The notes beneath the pieces are model-generated. The model worked only from the letters and a program-made list of their open reading frames with translations, made no database searches and was not told the DNA's origin. Positions 1 through 13,140 of a stretch of DNA of 64,000 nucleotides are shown here, piece by piece (the first letter of the stretch is position 1; each line of letters opens with the position of its first letter). A program made the translations under genes and the position numbers. Location: NCBI GenBank assembly GCA_010015805.1, contig ML978123.1, forward strand, positions 1,488,001-1,552,000. Direction: 5' to 3'. Origin of the DNA: Rhizodiscina lignyota. Its lineage: Eukaryota.

Positions 1-1992
1 TTCCAGCCGAGAGGATACGAAAGGTCGCAATCGAGGCCAAAGCTCCCAGATCGCCACAGTAATCCATGATTGACACTGGAAGATAATTCTGTGCCACGAA
101 TATCTCCGATCAGAAAGCTGCGAAAGCCATCTTTGCGAGCATACACATCCATGTTGTAGTTGATTGTCGTGTCTTTGAAGACTTTGATATCAATCCAAGC
201 AAAGGGGCGCAGATTTGGTGCAGCACCCGTCTTGTCTCGATGTCGGAAACGTCGTCTGCTCTTTGCTTTTCCATTCTTTTCTTTCCCGGATTTATGACTT
301 GAGACCATGTTCTCCGCTTGGCCTTTCCATTTCCAGTCTTTTGAGTTTTCTCGAAAGGGAATTCGGAGGGTAACATCTTCTTCGACGCACATATATAGCT
401 TGAAAACTGAATTGACTCGATACTGTCCAGCTCCCAGCCTCTTAGAAGGGACAGCGTCCACGTAGGTAGGTGGAAAGAAGATTGATTGGAAATTGATTCT
501 CTGACGATCAGCCCACGGCCCATAGTTTACCGTGCCACCGTGAACATGTAAGTTCATACCATACTCCGGCGGTAGCGTGCCATTCATATCCTCAGGATCA
601 GCTGGTGCGCCCGCCGCCATATCGTCTGACAGGCTGCTCACAGGTCCCGGAACATCCCAATAGAACGAGAATTCGATCCTGCTAATATCGGCTATCGTAG
701 ACGACTTGGCGTATTCTATTGGGTCCCACTCGTTGTGCTCATCGCTCTTTTCATCATCAAGATATCGAGACAACCCGATCCATCGCTCCTGGCCTGGAAG
801 CAGAGGTGACACACTGGTCATGCGAAACTTTGTCTTCTCCGCAACTCTAGTTGCAACAGATTCAAAGGATTTCCGGAACGAAGGCGACAGTCGCTCTAGA
901 AAATGCCACGCTTTCTTCGGCCGACGAAGATATTTGCTAGATTTCTTTCCATCCCCAGGGGGGCCATTGAGAGCCTCATCCTTCAATCTCACTGCTGTTG
1001 CCAGCTGCATTTCTTTGAAATCAGGATTGGGTTTGATCGTAATGACAGGATGTATTACGTCGAACTGGAATATTTGCTTGTAGATGTCGAGGGGTCCGGC
1101 ATGACCAGCTTCAAAGACGCCACTGGCACTATCAATCTTTGCCGTTAGAATGGACTTGGTATTTTCATTTCCCAGAACAGCAGCAGCCTTGTTGCATTCG
1201 ACATATATGGGGAAGAGGCGCAAGAAAGCTGGCAATGGAGGCTTTCGGTAAACTGCATGCGCATGATGTCCAGGTCCCGCATCATCGGATAACGGAGATT
1301 CCTTTTCTTCGCTGGAGCTCGAGGTAAAGGGTGAGATGACCTCGGGCTTCTCAGAATCGTCGAAGTGGGTTTGTACATTTCCATTTGCCCGTACTACGTT
1401 TTCAATGATAAAATCGTAGGCAGGGCTCCTGTTGTAAAGAAACGCCTCCACGCCCGAGACCTTGATCTCAATCCGACATGGCAATGACTTGTTTGTCTGC
1501 GAACCACCCTTCTCTATGCTATCTGCATCCTTGCTGTCCTGGCTATTCGAAGTGCCACGGCTGGTCGAGCGTCCTGTCGGCTTCTTCGTGTCTGCTGCGG
1601 TATGGACCTCGGCTTCCCGAACCCTGCTAAGCCAGTATCGCCAGGTGATGAAGCCTCCATGAACAAATATAGTCTCATTGTGGGCATGGTAGCGAAGGTC
1701 TTTGAAGAAGATGCGGCCTCCGAGGAAGGATATCTGGAGGGCTTGGATATCAATGTACGCGCGATACGCTCGCCATGTATACGCTCTGATGCCGTAGGAG
1801 ACGAGAGTGCTGAACAGTCGGTTGAAGTAGAAGAGGAAGAAGATGGTGAGAATTCCGCAAGTAAGCAATTCAACCAGGAATACCCTATAGAATCGTTAGC
1901 GATGTAAGCCAGATGAGAGGGACAGAGCATGGTTACCAGTTGAAGCTCGACTCGCCGTTCAACGGCTGGGAAATCAGACCTCCGCCCGCCAT
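1..1992 (-). CDS. CSF1: Csf1 / BLTP1-like bridge-like lipid transfer protein, 5' part (runs off the left edge)
   Basis: ATG at 1992 and intron 1885-1936 (GTAACC...GCTAAC...TAG). The spliced product reads MAGGGLISQPLNGESSFNWVFLVELLTCGILTIFFLFYFNRLFSTLVSYGIRAYTWRAYRAYIDIQALQISFLGGRIFFKDLRYHAHNETIFVHGGFITWRYW, the N-terminal TM anchor region of fungal Csf1. It is probably absent from the ORF track because the frame has no stop inside the window. Confidence 0.85.
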
Positions 1993-2347
1993 GCATGCTA
2001 TGCGCAAGCAATTTTCCGCTGTTCACTTTCATGCTGGTGCATCAATTGCGGCAAAGAGCAGGGTGGCTACCGTAGTGGTGAGGCCATAGTGCTTAAGGAC
2101 TTAAAAGTCGTGGTGTTGCGGCTCTCCCCCGTCACCCTGCGGGAGGCCCGAGCTCAAACTTGCAAGGGTTCCAATTCTATGCCATGTGCCACATGCGAGT
2201 CTTCTGCCTGATATGTACGCGTCAAAGAGCCAACGAGATGAATATCGCAACTATTCCTACAACTCTGCCTCAGCTGTCATGCTGAAAAACACGCCACCTG
2301 CTGGTTTCGAAGTTGTCTAATCTGGCTCCACCACCATTTAGCCAACA

Positions 2348-4687
2348 ATGGGAGACCAGGCAAACTCGCCAGGCGGGACAGGGACGCGATTTGGCAATAT
2401 CGTCGTCATTCTCGCCGGCGTTGCTGCTATTTCAGCTTCTTTGCTGACCGTGGTGTAAGTCCATATTCGTCATCTATTCTGACATAGCCACATAGTTAAT
2501 GATTTCACAGGTCGGTCTGGTTGCAGGCGTAAGAATACCGGCGCCCTTCAATTGTTACTCCGCGCATACTGATACCGCAGGCAATAGCAAGAACTATAGA
2601 AAGCCCCTATTGCAGAGATATGTTGTCCGAATACTGCTCATGTGAGTTCTCGAGAGCCTGTCCCTGTCCGAACTACTAGTGACCGCCTGTCAGGGTGCCT
2701 ATCTATTCAGCTGCATCATGGGCGAGCTTAATGTCCTTGCGAGTAGCGTTCTGGATAGATCCGTTTCGAGATGTCTATGAGGTTTGCGCAAACCTATCCT
2801 CTTCCATGACAGATACTGACTAGTCTATATAGGCCTTCACAATCTACACGTTCTTCCAACTTCTGATCAACTTCCTCGGTGGCGAGCGCTCCCTGATCAT
2901 CATGATGCATGGTCGCCCTCCGGTCTCACACCCTTGGCCTCTAAGCCACTGCTTTGCCAAAGTTGATATATCCGATCCCCATTCCTTCCTTGCCGTCAAA
3001 CGAGGCATCCTGCAATATACGTGGGTGAAGCCAACACTGGCTGTTGCTACGATAATAATGAAGGCAACGGATACCTATCAGGAAGGATACATTGGGTTGA
3101 ACTCGGGGTACTTCTGGAGTGGGCTCATCTACAATATCAGCATCTGCTGGAGCCTGTATGCGCTGGCTATGTTTTGGGTGTGCATGTCCCAAGATTTGCA
3201 ACCATTTCGTCCCATGCCTAAGTTTCTCTGCATCAAAGGCATCATCTTTGCTTCATACTGGCAAGGATTCTTTCTTTCAATTCTCGTCTGGATCGGTGCC
3301 CTCCCGGATGATGTCCCAGGATACTCTCCGGACAATTTGGCGGCTTCTATACAAGACGCCTTGATCTGTTTCGAGATGCCAGCATTCGCACTCGCCCATT
3401 GGTATGCCTTTTCATGGCACGATTACGCAGACAAGACGATCTCTGCAGCTCGAATGCCAATAAAATTCGCACTGCGCGATGCCTTTGGACCTCGAGATTT
3501 GATCGAAGATACCAAAGAGACATTTGCAGGCAATAACTATGAGTATCGCCACTTCGATGCTTATGACAACGTCATTGCACATGAGGAGTCGTCTTCAAGG
3601 GAAGCAAGGTTGAGGGAAGGGATGCGGTACGAACGTGGTGGGAAGGGTAAATACTGGATTCCGAAGCCGGGTCATGTCCATGATCAGACGCGGACACCTC
3701 TACTAAACAAGAATGCGAGCCGGGCGCGGACCATGAGCCCTGGTGCCAGCCATGCACTCCACTCTGAGACTTATGGTACCACGGAAGAGGAAGTTGATGA
3801 TCCTATCCTGAACCCTGAAGAGGAGCAGCTTTATGATAATGCGAGGGCGTTGGAATTTGGGGACTGGAATGTGAGAATGTCTCTCTCTACCATACATGGA
3901 ATGATATGTCTGACCTTGCCAACAGTATCCTGTTATTACGGCACATACACCAAGCCGTATGGAGAGATTATACGCCGATCCGGAAATCGTAACCTCTTCA
4001 ACAAACAGGCATGTTCTTCAGCCAACGCGAGAAAATAAGCGGAGGCGAAAGAGTAGAATACAGGAGATACAGCAGAATATTGATAAAAGCAAACGAAGCA
4101 GCAGCTCAGGCAACGACGAAGGGTCAAGCTCCAAGCAGGTCCCTGCGTTGGGCAAGTTGCTGAGCCGGGAGTCTTCCTCAAGTTCGAGAAAATCGGATCG
4201 CAGCCAACTAGTAGATCTAGTTGTGGAAGACCACGAGGCTGAGACTGTTGAGCGTGTTCGAGCTCGAAAAGAGGGCGGCCCGACTTGGAACGAGTCTGAA
4301 ACTAAGCGTTATGTGTATGTTCTCTCCATTCTCAATCTATGTGCACAGCAGAATGGCTCACACACTCAAAGGCGGACTTACCCAACGACGGAGCAGGCGG
4401 AAGATGTCCGTCAAGGCTACGAGCCTACGCAAGCCGAACCTCCACAGCTCCATGCAAGCGATGATGAACATAATTTGGACGAGCCCTTCGTCGTTGGTGA
4501 CGATGATACGCCTCGCAAAGATTATTCTGGAATTCAATCTACCTCAGAAGAGGCACAGCAGTATTGGCAACGACGGGAATATACCGCCGACCAAGGTTCT
4601 CAGCAGGCAGATGATCAACAAGCAAGCCCTCGATACGGAAGTTTCAACGACGAGCGAAACGCGTGGGGCACGAGAGATAGTGTATGA
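2348..4687 (+). CDS. TMEM184 / organic solute transporter alpha (DUF300) family membrane protein
   Basis: Multi-exon gene with introns near 2455-2510, 2529-2587, 2642-2693, 2782-2832, 3871-3925 and 4315-4371. Motifs: KNYRKPLLQRYVVRILLMVPIY, FRDVYEAFTIYTFF, KRGILQY, PKFLCIKGIIFASYWQG, IQDALICFEM. Confidence 0.9.
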
Positions 4688-5789
4688 CAACCGCTAGCAC
4701 ATCAGCTTAAGTACATTTCGACTTTTACGGATAGGGTACTCCATTCGTTGGACTTTCCGAGCAGTGGGTTGGGACGTTACTTTCTTTCGCATGGCGAGGG
4801 CGTTTCGTCTATTTTCCAGAATATGCTTGTCGTCTGCAATAAGAAGGCCGGTAAGAGGCTCATCAGATACCCACTACTCCGAATTCCAACATCCTTCTGC
4901 ATCCGTCTATTGGCATCCTTGATCGGCAGCAGCCGCAGCCGCAGTGGCTTTCCCCATCCTGTGCGGGTGATACTGCACGCTGCATGGGCGTTGTTGTCTC
5001 CTGCGTGTGGTTTCGCCTATCGGAGGATGGCGTTTCTCAGACAAGCATCTGCGACAACGACCCGAGCCTTCTTAATATCCTAAACATGCCTGGAGTTTGC
5101 GTACGTCGAATAAATACAATTGCGCAACGTGGCTCTTGAGCCTCCTTTTAGCTGAAACGACAAGCCTGCCATGAGCCGTGCACCAGTTGAATTTGCCGCC
5201 AGCCCACTCTCGACGTAAGCGCTCCCAGCTGCACCCCTGCACACCTCGAGTTTCATGTCACGTCTGCCAACCACTCACGTCCACGAATGCCACATCTACA
5301 ACAGCTTCCCCGTCGAGTCGTCTATCTGCGGCTCGCAACGATTGGAGATCAGCGCTTCATCAAGATGCTGCATTTCTGCCCGCACGGTGACCAGCCCACC
5401 TGTCATTCAGCAGCCAACGAGTCGTGTGCTTCCTTCACTGGACGAGGTGGACAAGGTCTCCTGCAATTGATTTGCTTCGTTTCGCGAGCAGGCCAGGACA
5501 TCGAACCACGCGCCTTTAATGGCCTGCATGAACCTGGTTGCTGGTCTTGCGCAGATGGCAGGTCATTTTCCATTTCTCATGGTGGAGAAAGTTTTCATCT
5601 CTCATGTCCGTTCGTCGACCCAGCTGTGCTCTCTTTTCTATCCTCACCTCCGCGCCTCAGGTCGTTTACTTCTTTTCTCCTAAAGGTCTGTGACTTTTGG
5701 CTTTTGCTACATCTCTACGCAGAGAACTACTTGCGCATTGAGCGGTGCGGGCACGCGAGCGACATGCAGTTTTAAGCGCCCTGAGCGCA

Positions 5790-7710
5790 ATGCCATCACA
5801 CGTTTCTCCGGCAGGAGACAGGAGAGAAGGGGGATGGCTAATTCAATCATTTACTTGTTGCGCTCCTGGAGGTCTCAAAGATGACGACAGTGTCGACCGG
5901 TTGATGAGCAGTAAGTGTATCCATCGCGACAGCCTTGTCTAAGGCGCATCCAGCACCTGGTTCGACCATTGAAATATAAGCTAATCAAGATGCGATAGGC
6001 GAGCAACGGAACAGAGAACCTATATACGACCAACCGCAGCGTGTCACGCCGCCGAACTATCACGGACGACCGTCCACAAGCCATGGTGGCGCAACGCAGA
6101 TATCACAATGGATTGCCTCGGGTCGAGCAAGTTTGTCAGGAAGAAGGCCATGGTCCTCGCACTCCAAGGGTAGACCTAAGATTGGCGCTCCGACGGACTT
6201 CAGACACCTCAATGACATGCCACGACGAAGACATAGTTTCAGTCCATTGCAATTGAGCATTTACCTTCCTGGAGGCAACCTGTCTCCTTTACCTGATTTT
6301 GAGGTAGAGGAGTGGGACATGACTACGGCGTTGAAGAAGCCAGAGCCAGCACTTGTGAATGACAGCATTCGACCACAGACTCTCACACATGGCTATTCGG
6401 ATTCTGTGATATCAGGAAGCTTCACTATTCCACGAAAGCCGCTGTCTGTGTCTCATGGAGATGTTGGATCGCACCACCGCTTTGGCAGTTATGCGTCTGC
6501 TTCCACAAGTATTCTCTATGAAGGCTTCATACCCGGGTCCGATTTACCTCTCCAAGACCTTCCTCCCGATGCGGCATCAAATATAATCCAATCGTTGCCT
6601 GCCGTACGACACTCAGACTCGCGACATAGTAGGCCAAGAACTTCGACTTCTTCAACCCCTTCCCGGCTTCGGAGCACCTCACCAGCAAAGTCACGCAGCC
6701 GTTCGAACACAGGGTCAAGCTCCACGCGAAAACCTAGTTTCCGCAGAACAAAGACAGACGTCGACGAGGCGATCCAAGAATTGAACACCATCATCGAGGA
6801 GAAGCGCCTGGATGCGGTTCGAGCAGCAGCGTCTCGTAACCAGTCTCCGAGGGTTTCTGAAAGGCTCAACTCACCAGCGATGATGAAGGATGAGCAGAGC
6901 GGAGAGATCAGTCCCGGCCTTCCATCCCCTCACGTACCTGCTATTGTCCCAAAAATGAAGGTCCATGCTCGATCAGAGACGCTTTCAGACATTGGTTCTG
7001 CATTTTCTACGCCTCTATTAGGCAACAAGCCTCTACCTACCCCACCATCACTTCCTATGTCAGTCTCTGAGGAGTCATTAAAGCCTGGTCGGCCAAAGCT
7101 TTCCCTATTTCCAGTTACAACGTCCCGAAGCGTGACGGCCCTATCGCCTGTCTCTCCTCCGACAGCAGTATCAGCACGAACGAAGATCTCCACCTGGTTG
7201 CGGAAATCACTCACGGCGTCGTTGATTTCGCCCACTGAGAGCACCGGGCCAGACTACATCACCGAGTCATACAACAGCCATCACAAGAATGAGCGCGAGA
7301 ATGCAACATCCCCATTCTACAAGTGTCATCAGCCTGCTCTACAGGGCGGCTACGACGATGCGCCGTCCACGTCGACTTTATCATCCTACGCACCGTCTCC
7401 GCTTCAACAATCGCCATCAGACCACTCCTCATTCTCCGTGACGGACACTTTCACGGCCACAGCACCGACGAGTGCTGCCTCGCCATCTCCACTTGGCCAT
7501 GACCGGCGTCCGTCGGCAACGAAGCTTCCGTTCGCCGCCCACGTCAAGGAGAGAGGATCGTCCAAGGCGGCGCACGTCGCAAGGGCTAGAGGCCTCAGTG
7601 TGGGAACTGTATCAGGCGTGCCTCCGCCTCCCGCATATGAGGAGGTGGATCCCCACCCAAATACTCCAGCAAGCACGTCGGAGTCGCGCGTTGTGGGATT
7701 AGCCTTTTAA
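5790..7710 (+). CDS. Ser/Pro-rich, largely disordered fungal hypothetical protein with a partial CRIB-like motif
   Basis: 525-codon ORF 6133-7710, extended upstream through an intron at about 5911-5989 (GTAAGT...GCTAAT..AAG) to ATG 5790. Contains KIGAPTDFRH and PLQLSIYLPGGNLSPLPDF. Confidence 0.7.
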
Positions 7711-10700
7711 GTGGTGTGATGTCTATTGTAAGGGGGTGAGGTATTCATTGCAGGACTATGGAAGACGGATGGGTGATGAGCTGTGGGCGCTTTGAAAGCA
7801 GAATATGTTCGTCATGTGTAAATGTTGAAGGAGGGGAGGCACGAATCTCGGTTTGACGATTGGTTCATTATACCCCAGGAGGAGTTTTGTAATCGCTCGG
7901 CTCAAGCCTCGAGCGTTTGAATTCGAGTCTAATTGTAGATCAGTAGAAGCTACTTCCAACGTTCAATTGAATGCTTCATGAGGATACATTCGGTGTTCAT
8001 CGGTACCAAGTGTCAGCATGTGAACTCAAATATGCAGATAGTAAGGGCCCACAAGCACACTATCGATCTAACACCCTTGAGCAACCAAAAATATCTCTTT
8101 CAAAGAGTAGGCAATATCCCTTAAGTCCTGGTTCGGTCTGCACCTAATGGGAGATGCTGTTGTTACTAGTGTGTCTTCCCATGGGTATTGTTCAAGGGCA
8201 ACCACATTGCTTTCGTTCCATTGCCCGCTCGTATCCCATTCGACAATTTGGCAGGCCTCGCCGTTGCTAATCCGATCTACGCGACCTGCTTCGCTTCGAT
8301 CCGATCAACCCTACCTTCGCGAATTCTCGACCTGGTACTCGGTATTGCTGTCGCGTTGCACCGTCGCACGAGAAGCAAGGAGGTTTTGAACGAGAGAGCG
8401 AGTCGGGCCTTCTGGAAACTGGACAACTCCACTCTGTGGAACGTAGAGGACGACCCGGCAACCAGGTCTGCGACCACCTTGTGTCGTAAGTTGCTTGGGG
8501 AGAGGGGAGCACTGCGAACAAAGTGAGTGGAACATGGCTGTGTTACGATGTCGTCCTATGTGTGGATGGCTTGGGGGACACCAACAAAGGAATGCTGGTG
8601 GACGAATTGGGACTTCCTTGCAGGCGCAATGTAACAGCTATTGTTGTACACACAAATCGACGACTCGCTCGAGAAGTCGTACAGCACGATTGCGAGACAA
8701 AGGAGCAGCCGGAACGAAAGCGCAACAGAAGAAATGATAACGGGAATGCTTCTAGGAAGAGCTTGCTCCTGAGGAGAACTTGCTCCCGGGTCCGGGCTAA
8801 ATGCTGACACTGGGTGCCACACCCTCTTGCCTGGAGGCTGGCCAGCTTGAAGGTATTTGTGTACATATGCCCGTCGGCGATTCGGAGAGTTTTCGCTTGG
8901 AAATCGTTTGTGCTCGAGGCCATGAGAATGGAAGGCCTCGGAGCGCGTTGGGATCACCCGTCTTTGGGGTATGACAGTTTCATACCCTTATCACCATCCA
9001 GACAGGCATTGTTGGACTTTGTTCATCTCAGAGATGGCGCGCATGTATGAGGGTCTGCCTGAAAATAGGCGCTGCTATCATCTATGGAGTCTGACAACCG
9101 CAAGAAGGCGATCAACGCTTGAAATGACTCAGACTGACTGTGGGGTGGGCCTCCACAGAAGAGTTATTGAGAAGTTGGAGACGTACGGAAATTGTCAGCA
9201 CATAGTAGTGAACCAAGTTTCCATCGCCAGCGAGCCCACTGTTGGTGGGTACGTGCAAAGAAGAAGAGGAAGGAGAATGGCTCATGGCCTGCTCATGGGC
9301 GTGGAACATGGAAGCAATGGAAGGACGAGAGCGGGCAAGCGTGACAGCTGCAAGAGCAGTGAAGAATTGGCCAATAGCACCATCGGGCGCCACTATGCCC
9401 GCAGAGCTGCAGGCGTCTGCATTGCTGGCCCGACACCGTAGCTTCGGGCTGCAGCAAACGCCCGCAGATGATGCAGTCGAGAGGGCTGCAGTGCTCGTCG
9501 ACGGAAAACGCAATCCAGCGCTGTTCGGGAACGGAGAGGTCGAGTGTCACCTTCAGTTGCGGTTGAGGCCATCAATTGAGCGAGTTGCGCATCGCGCGTC
9601 TGGATTCGGGGACGCGTGCAGCTGAAGCATTTCAACGTCGTCCACACACCCGCCCGACATGACCTGCATAAGGCCGCTCGCCCACGAATTGCAGGCGGGC
9701 AGACAGCGCACGGAGTATCGGGTCATGTGCAGACGCGGATCTTCACAGCAGATAGGTCGGAAGGGGCCGATGATGCACTTGCGCCGCACGCTTAGTAGAG
9801 GCTGTGGACGCGCTGAGTGGGCGCCGCAAAGACGGGCGGTATACGAGCGGGAGAGCGAGGCGGAGATGGCATGCATCGGGGAGATGTGTTGAGATTACGC
9901 GGGTCCTCCCATCAGTGGGCTATCACTGACGCTCTATTGCACGATGTATCGACGGGCTCGATAGTTGCGTGGAGCAGCGAGCAGGCGCCCGGCAGCATGG
10001 TTGCGCGGTGCCTGCAGGCCAGTGGCTGGGCGAGGCTGCATGGAGACGCGACCCGTGCTCGATGGCCTGCCACGTTGGTGATTCGAGCGTGCCCGAAGCA
10101 GCAATTCGACGCCCTGGAGCAGCCTCAAAGCAGCAGAGGCTTGCACGATCGACACAGCCGCAAAAGCCACTTACCGGATCTCCATACCTCTCGCCTCGTG
10201 CGCCAACTTGCCCGAACGGGCGGCGCTTCGCCCCCTAAACATCGGCACTTCTAAAAGGGTGTTCGGCGACGTCGTCTGCTCTGCAAGGGATGCCCAGGCC
10301 GCTGCCCGGCCGGTCCGTATTCTTATTGACAATTGACGATGCCTTCTCGCCGTGGCAGCCCCTTTGTCGCTTGCGAGCATCGATTGGAGATGCTTGCGTG
10401 CGCCCAGGGCAAGTCATCTTTGCAGCTGAGCGCAACGGCGAACGCGTCGCCCTGCCATTTGATCGTGCGCGGCAAGGGAGTGCAGAGTGCAGAGCAGCAG
10501 CACATACTGACGGTAGCAGCGCCTTTGAAAGGGACGGTGACGTCCTGCAGCGTCGTTCGGCAGCTGGCGGTCAGGGCCCGGCGGTGTCGCAGCGAGACGC
10601 GCCGACGTCGTGCTGTCAAAGTTGGGCATGCCGGCAGTCGCTCGCAGCAAGACGAGTCGACAAGTAGCATGGCCGACGACGAAGAGGATGGGAGTCTCAC

Positions 10701-10756
10701 GTAATTTGGGATTGCAACGGCGTGGAGGCGACGCCGTCTTCTCAGCACGCTCCGCG

Positions 10757-10782
10757 GCAGCAGCAGCAGCAGCAGCAGCAGC
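10757..10782. repeat. (GCA)8 trinucleotide microsatellite
   Basis: gcagcagcagcagcagcagcagcagc read directly from the sequence. Confidence 0.95.
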
Positions 10783-12670
10783 GACCAGAGCAGCAGTTGC
10801 AGGCCAGCGGCGGTGCTGAGGGCGACGGCTGGTTTATGAAGCGTGCCCTCGCCGCCCGGGAGCTGGTGAAGCATGACGCCCGAACGCTGCGATAGTGCGT
10901 GCAATTTGGGAGAGCACGCTGTGACGTCCAGCGTGCGTAGGGGGGTTTAGTAGGGGTGCTCACGACGGCCCGACGACCGTGGAATGGGTTCGCTGCGGGC
11001 TGTGCCTGATTTAGAATTGCAGACGATCCACCACCGCCTGGAAATTCACTTCCCAGTGCCAATGCTGATGCCCTGCCATGCCATGCCATCACCTCCATCC
11101 GCTCCCCCATGGACTCGCCCTTCCATTCCGGCTCGCAGCACAGTACCGCCGCGGGTGCCAGTGCCTTGTAGCCTCACCTCTCCGCGTCCTGCTCAGTGCT
11201 GCTCAATGCCCCAAGGGCTGCGCCAAAGCTGGTTCTGGAGCGCAAGCCGCTCCGCTCGCCCCAACATGGCAAGGCCCCAGGAGAGCGTATTGGTTCCGTG
11301 CGGACCACTCAGAGCCTCCATCACCGCGTTTGCAAGCTGAATGGACGGACTCCGATGTTCTTGCACAGACGTGAATCCTCACCATGCGGCACTGCTCTGC
11401 CATGGCCGTGCCCGCTTATATGTCATCTGATGTACTTCGCTGCGCTGCTCTCGACGCTCTGCTCCGCTCTCGAATTCGCCGTCACTGTTGCTACACTCGT
11501 ACACACCACTCGCTCGTCCTACGCAGCGCCCAATTCGTCCTCGCACACGCTCGCTTGCGGCTGCCCTCCAGTGCGCCTCCAGCAGGCGTCTGCGCCTGCC
11601 GGCCTTCATATAGCACTGCACAAGTGCTCTGTCTTTCTCGTCCCTCTTCATTACCCCAGTCGGTCAGCGCTTCGCTTCATCTCCGCCCGCCGCTCCCGGA
11701 TTGTTGATTCAGAGCTTTGGCCGCGCTGGACATTCCACACACTTTAATCACATCTCAGCCTTCAACGTCAACCCTTTCTTTGTCCTCCTAATTCTCTTGC
11801 CCGTCCCGAACGACGTACTCACGACCAGCTTCGACATCCGTCAGCCCCAGGCCTCTGGGTCGGTGGCTCGGCCTACGGCGGGGACAGCCGTGCCGCCAGC
11901 TGAGCCTTGCCCGGCGCTGAGAGCCTCATGAAACGGCTACTGTGCAGGCATTCAACTCTTCCACGCCTTTATACCTAATCCGTGGTTAATGCGACGTGAG
12001 TGGACTTGTAAATGTCGGGTCTGTGGGGAGATCTAGCTTGCGCAATCGTGAGTACCATTTGTTTTATATAGCCGTCAGACTGCAGCTCCAGTGGACAGAG
12101 CATGACGTGGATCTCACCATTTCGTCCTTGCATAGCCAACAAGGCGATCATGTTGTCTGTTCGCCTGTCGGTGAACTCTCTGCTCGCTCTCCGTTGCTTT
12201 TACGCCATGGCAAAGTTAACTAGTCTCAAGCACCCCAGATCACGGCCATTCAGGTACAGCCCCACGACTCGCGCGGGCACAGTTTCTCTTGAGCTTCACG
12301 ATATCAAAGTCAGGCGCACCTCCGCTCTTTATTTCTCAGTAAGTCATTCTCCTCGCGAATGCACGTACGCGACACCGATAGCGTCCCGGCACGGGAACTC
12401 TCATTCCAACACCCAGCCTGCTAGCGAATGGCCATTGTTGCCTACCGTGGCTGCTTCGCCTTCCCGAAACATCGACCTGACTAGGAAATAGAACCACTTC
12501 TTCAATCTGGATCCAGGGCGCTGGTTGGGACTTTCAAAACCCTGCAATTTCTCGTGTACGGCCTCCCAGCTGCAGTTCGTTCCACACATCTGGATGGTGG
12601 GCCAATACGTTCTGACATATCAACAGCGGCAACTTTGACCTTTTTGCAATCTCATCATTCGATCTGCCTG

Positions 12671-12721
12671 ATGGGCGGACATAGCTTGCGCCAACTGTCT
12701 TGTTCTAGCGCGCCTGCCTGA
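12671..12721 (+). promoter_or_regulatory. 16-codon uORF (MGGHSLRQLSCSSAPA*) in the medA leader, in frame with the downstream extension
   Basis: ATG at 12671 and TGA at 12719-12721. Function is inferred from position only. Confidence 0.45.
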
Positions 12722-13140
12722 TCGCGCGGCAAAGTGTACACACTAGCTCGCTCAAGACATACATTTGCGACCTTTTCCCCGTCGCACAAACTCGAAACTG
12801 TCACCAAGCTGGCCTGCGTCGAGCAGAAAAGCATTCAGGTACGTCTATTTTGTATGCGATCCAAATGGATTTTCGTCTGCGTCATTGCCTCAGATGGTCA
12901 TAGCTGTGGCTGCGCCGCCGCCTGCCTGACTGCTGACTGCTGCCTACCAAGCCTCAACCCAAGCGAACACCATTTACGCTAACTTCTATTTTTTCTTCCC
13001 GACAGCCCGATCACAGCCTTGCGGCTTCATTGGCTTACAGAAACAAAGCTCGCGGATCAGACGCACTGTGGTTCAAGAACGACATTTCTGGCGACGGCGG
13101 GGTGGTGGCCGCCGCTGGACTTTCGGTGGCTCTTCTGTCC

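Noticed and set aside
1514..2032. 172-aa minus-strand ORF and other short ORFs in 110-2032
   Set aside because: They are off-frame or antisense shadows of the spliced CSF1 reading frame.
9800..11950. Many overlapping ORFs of 100-190 aa, including poly-A/C/L runs
   Set aside because: They are expected in GC-rich non-coding DNA with a GCA repeat, and show no family motifs or consistent codon bias.
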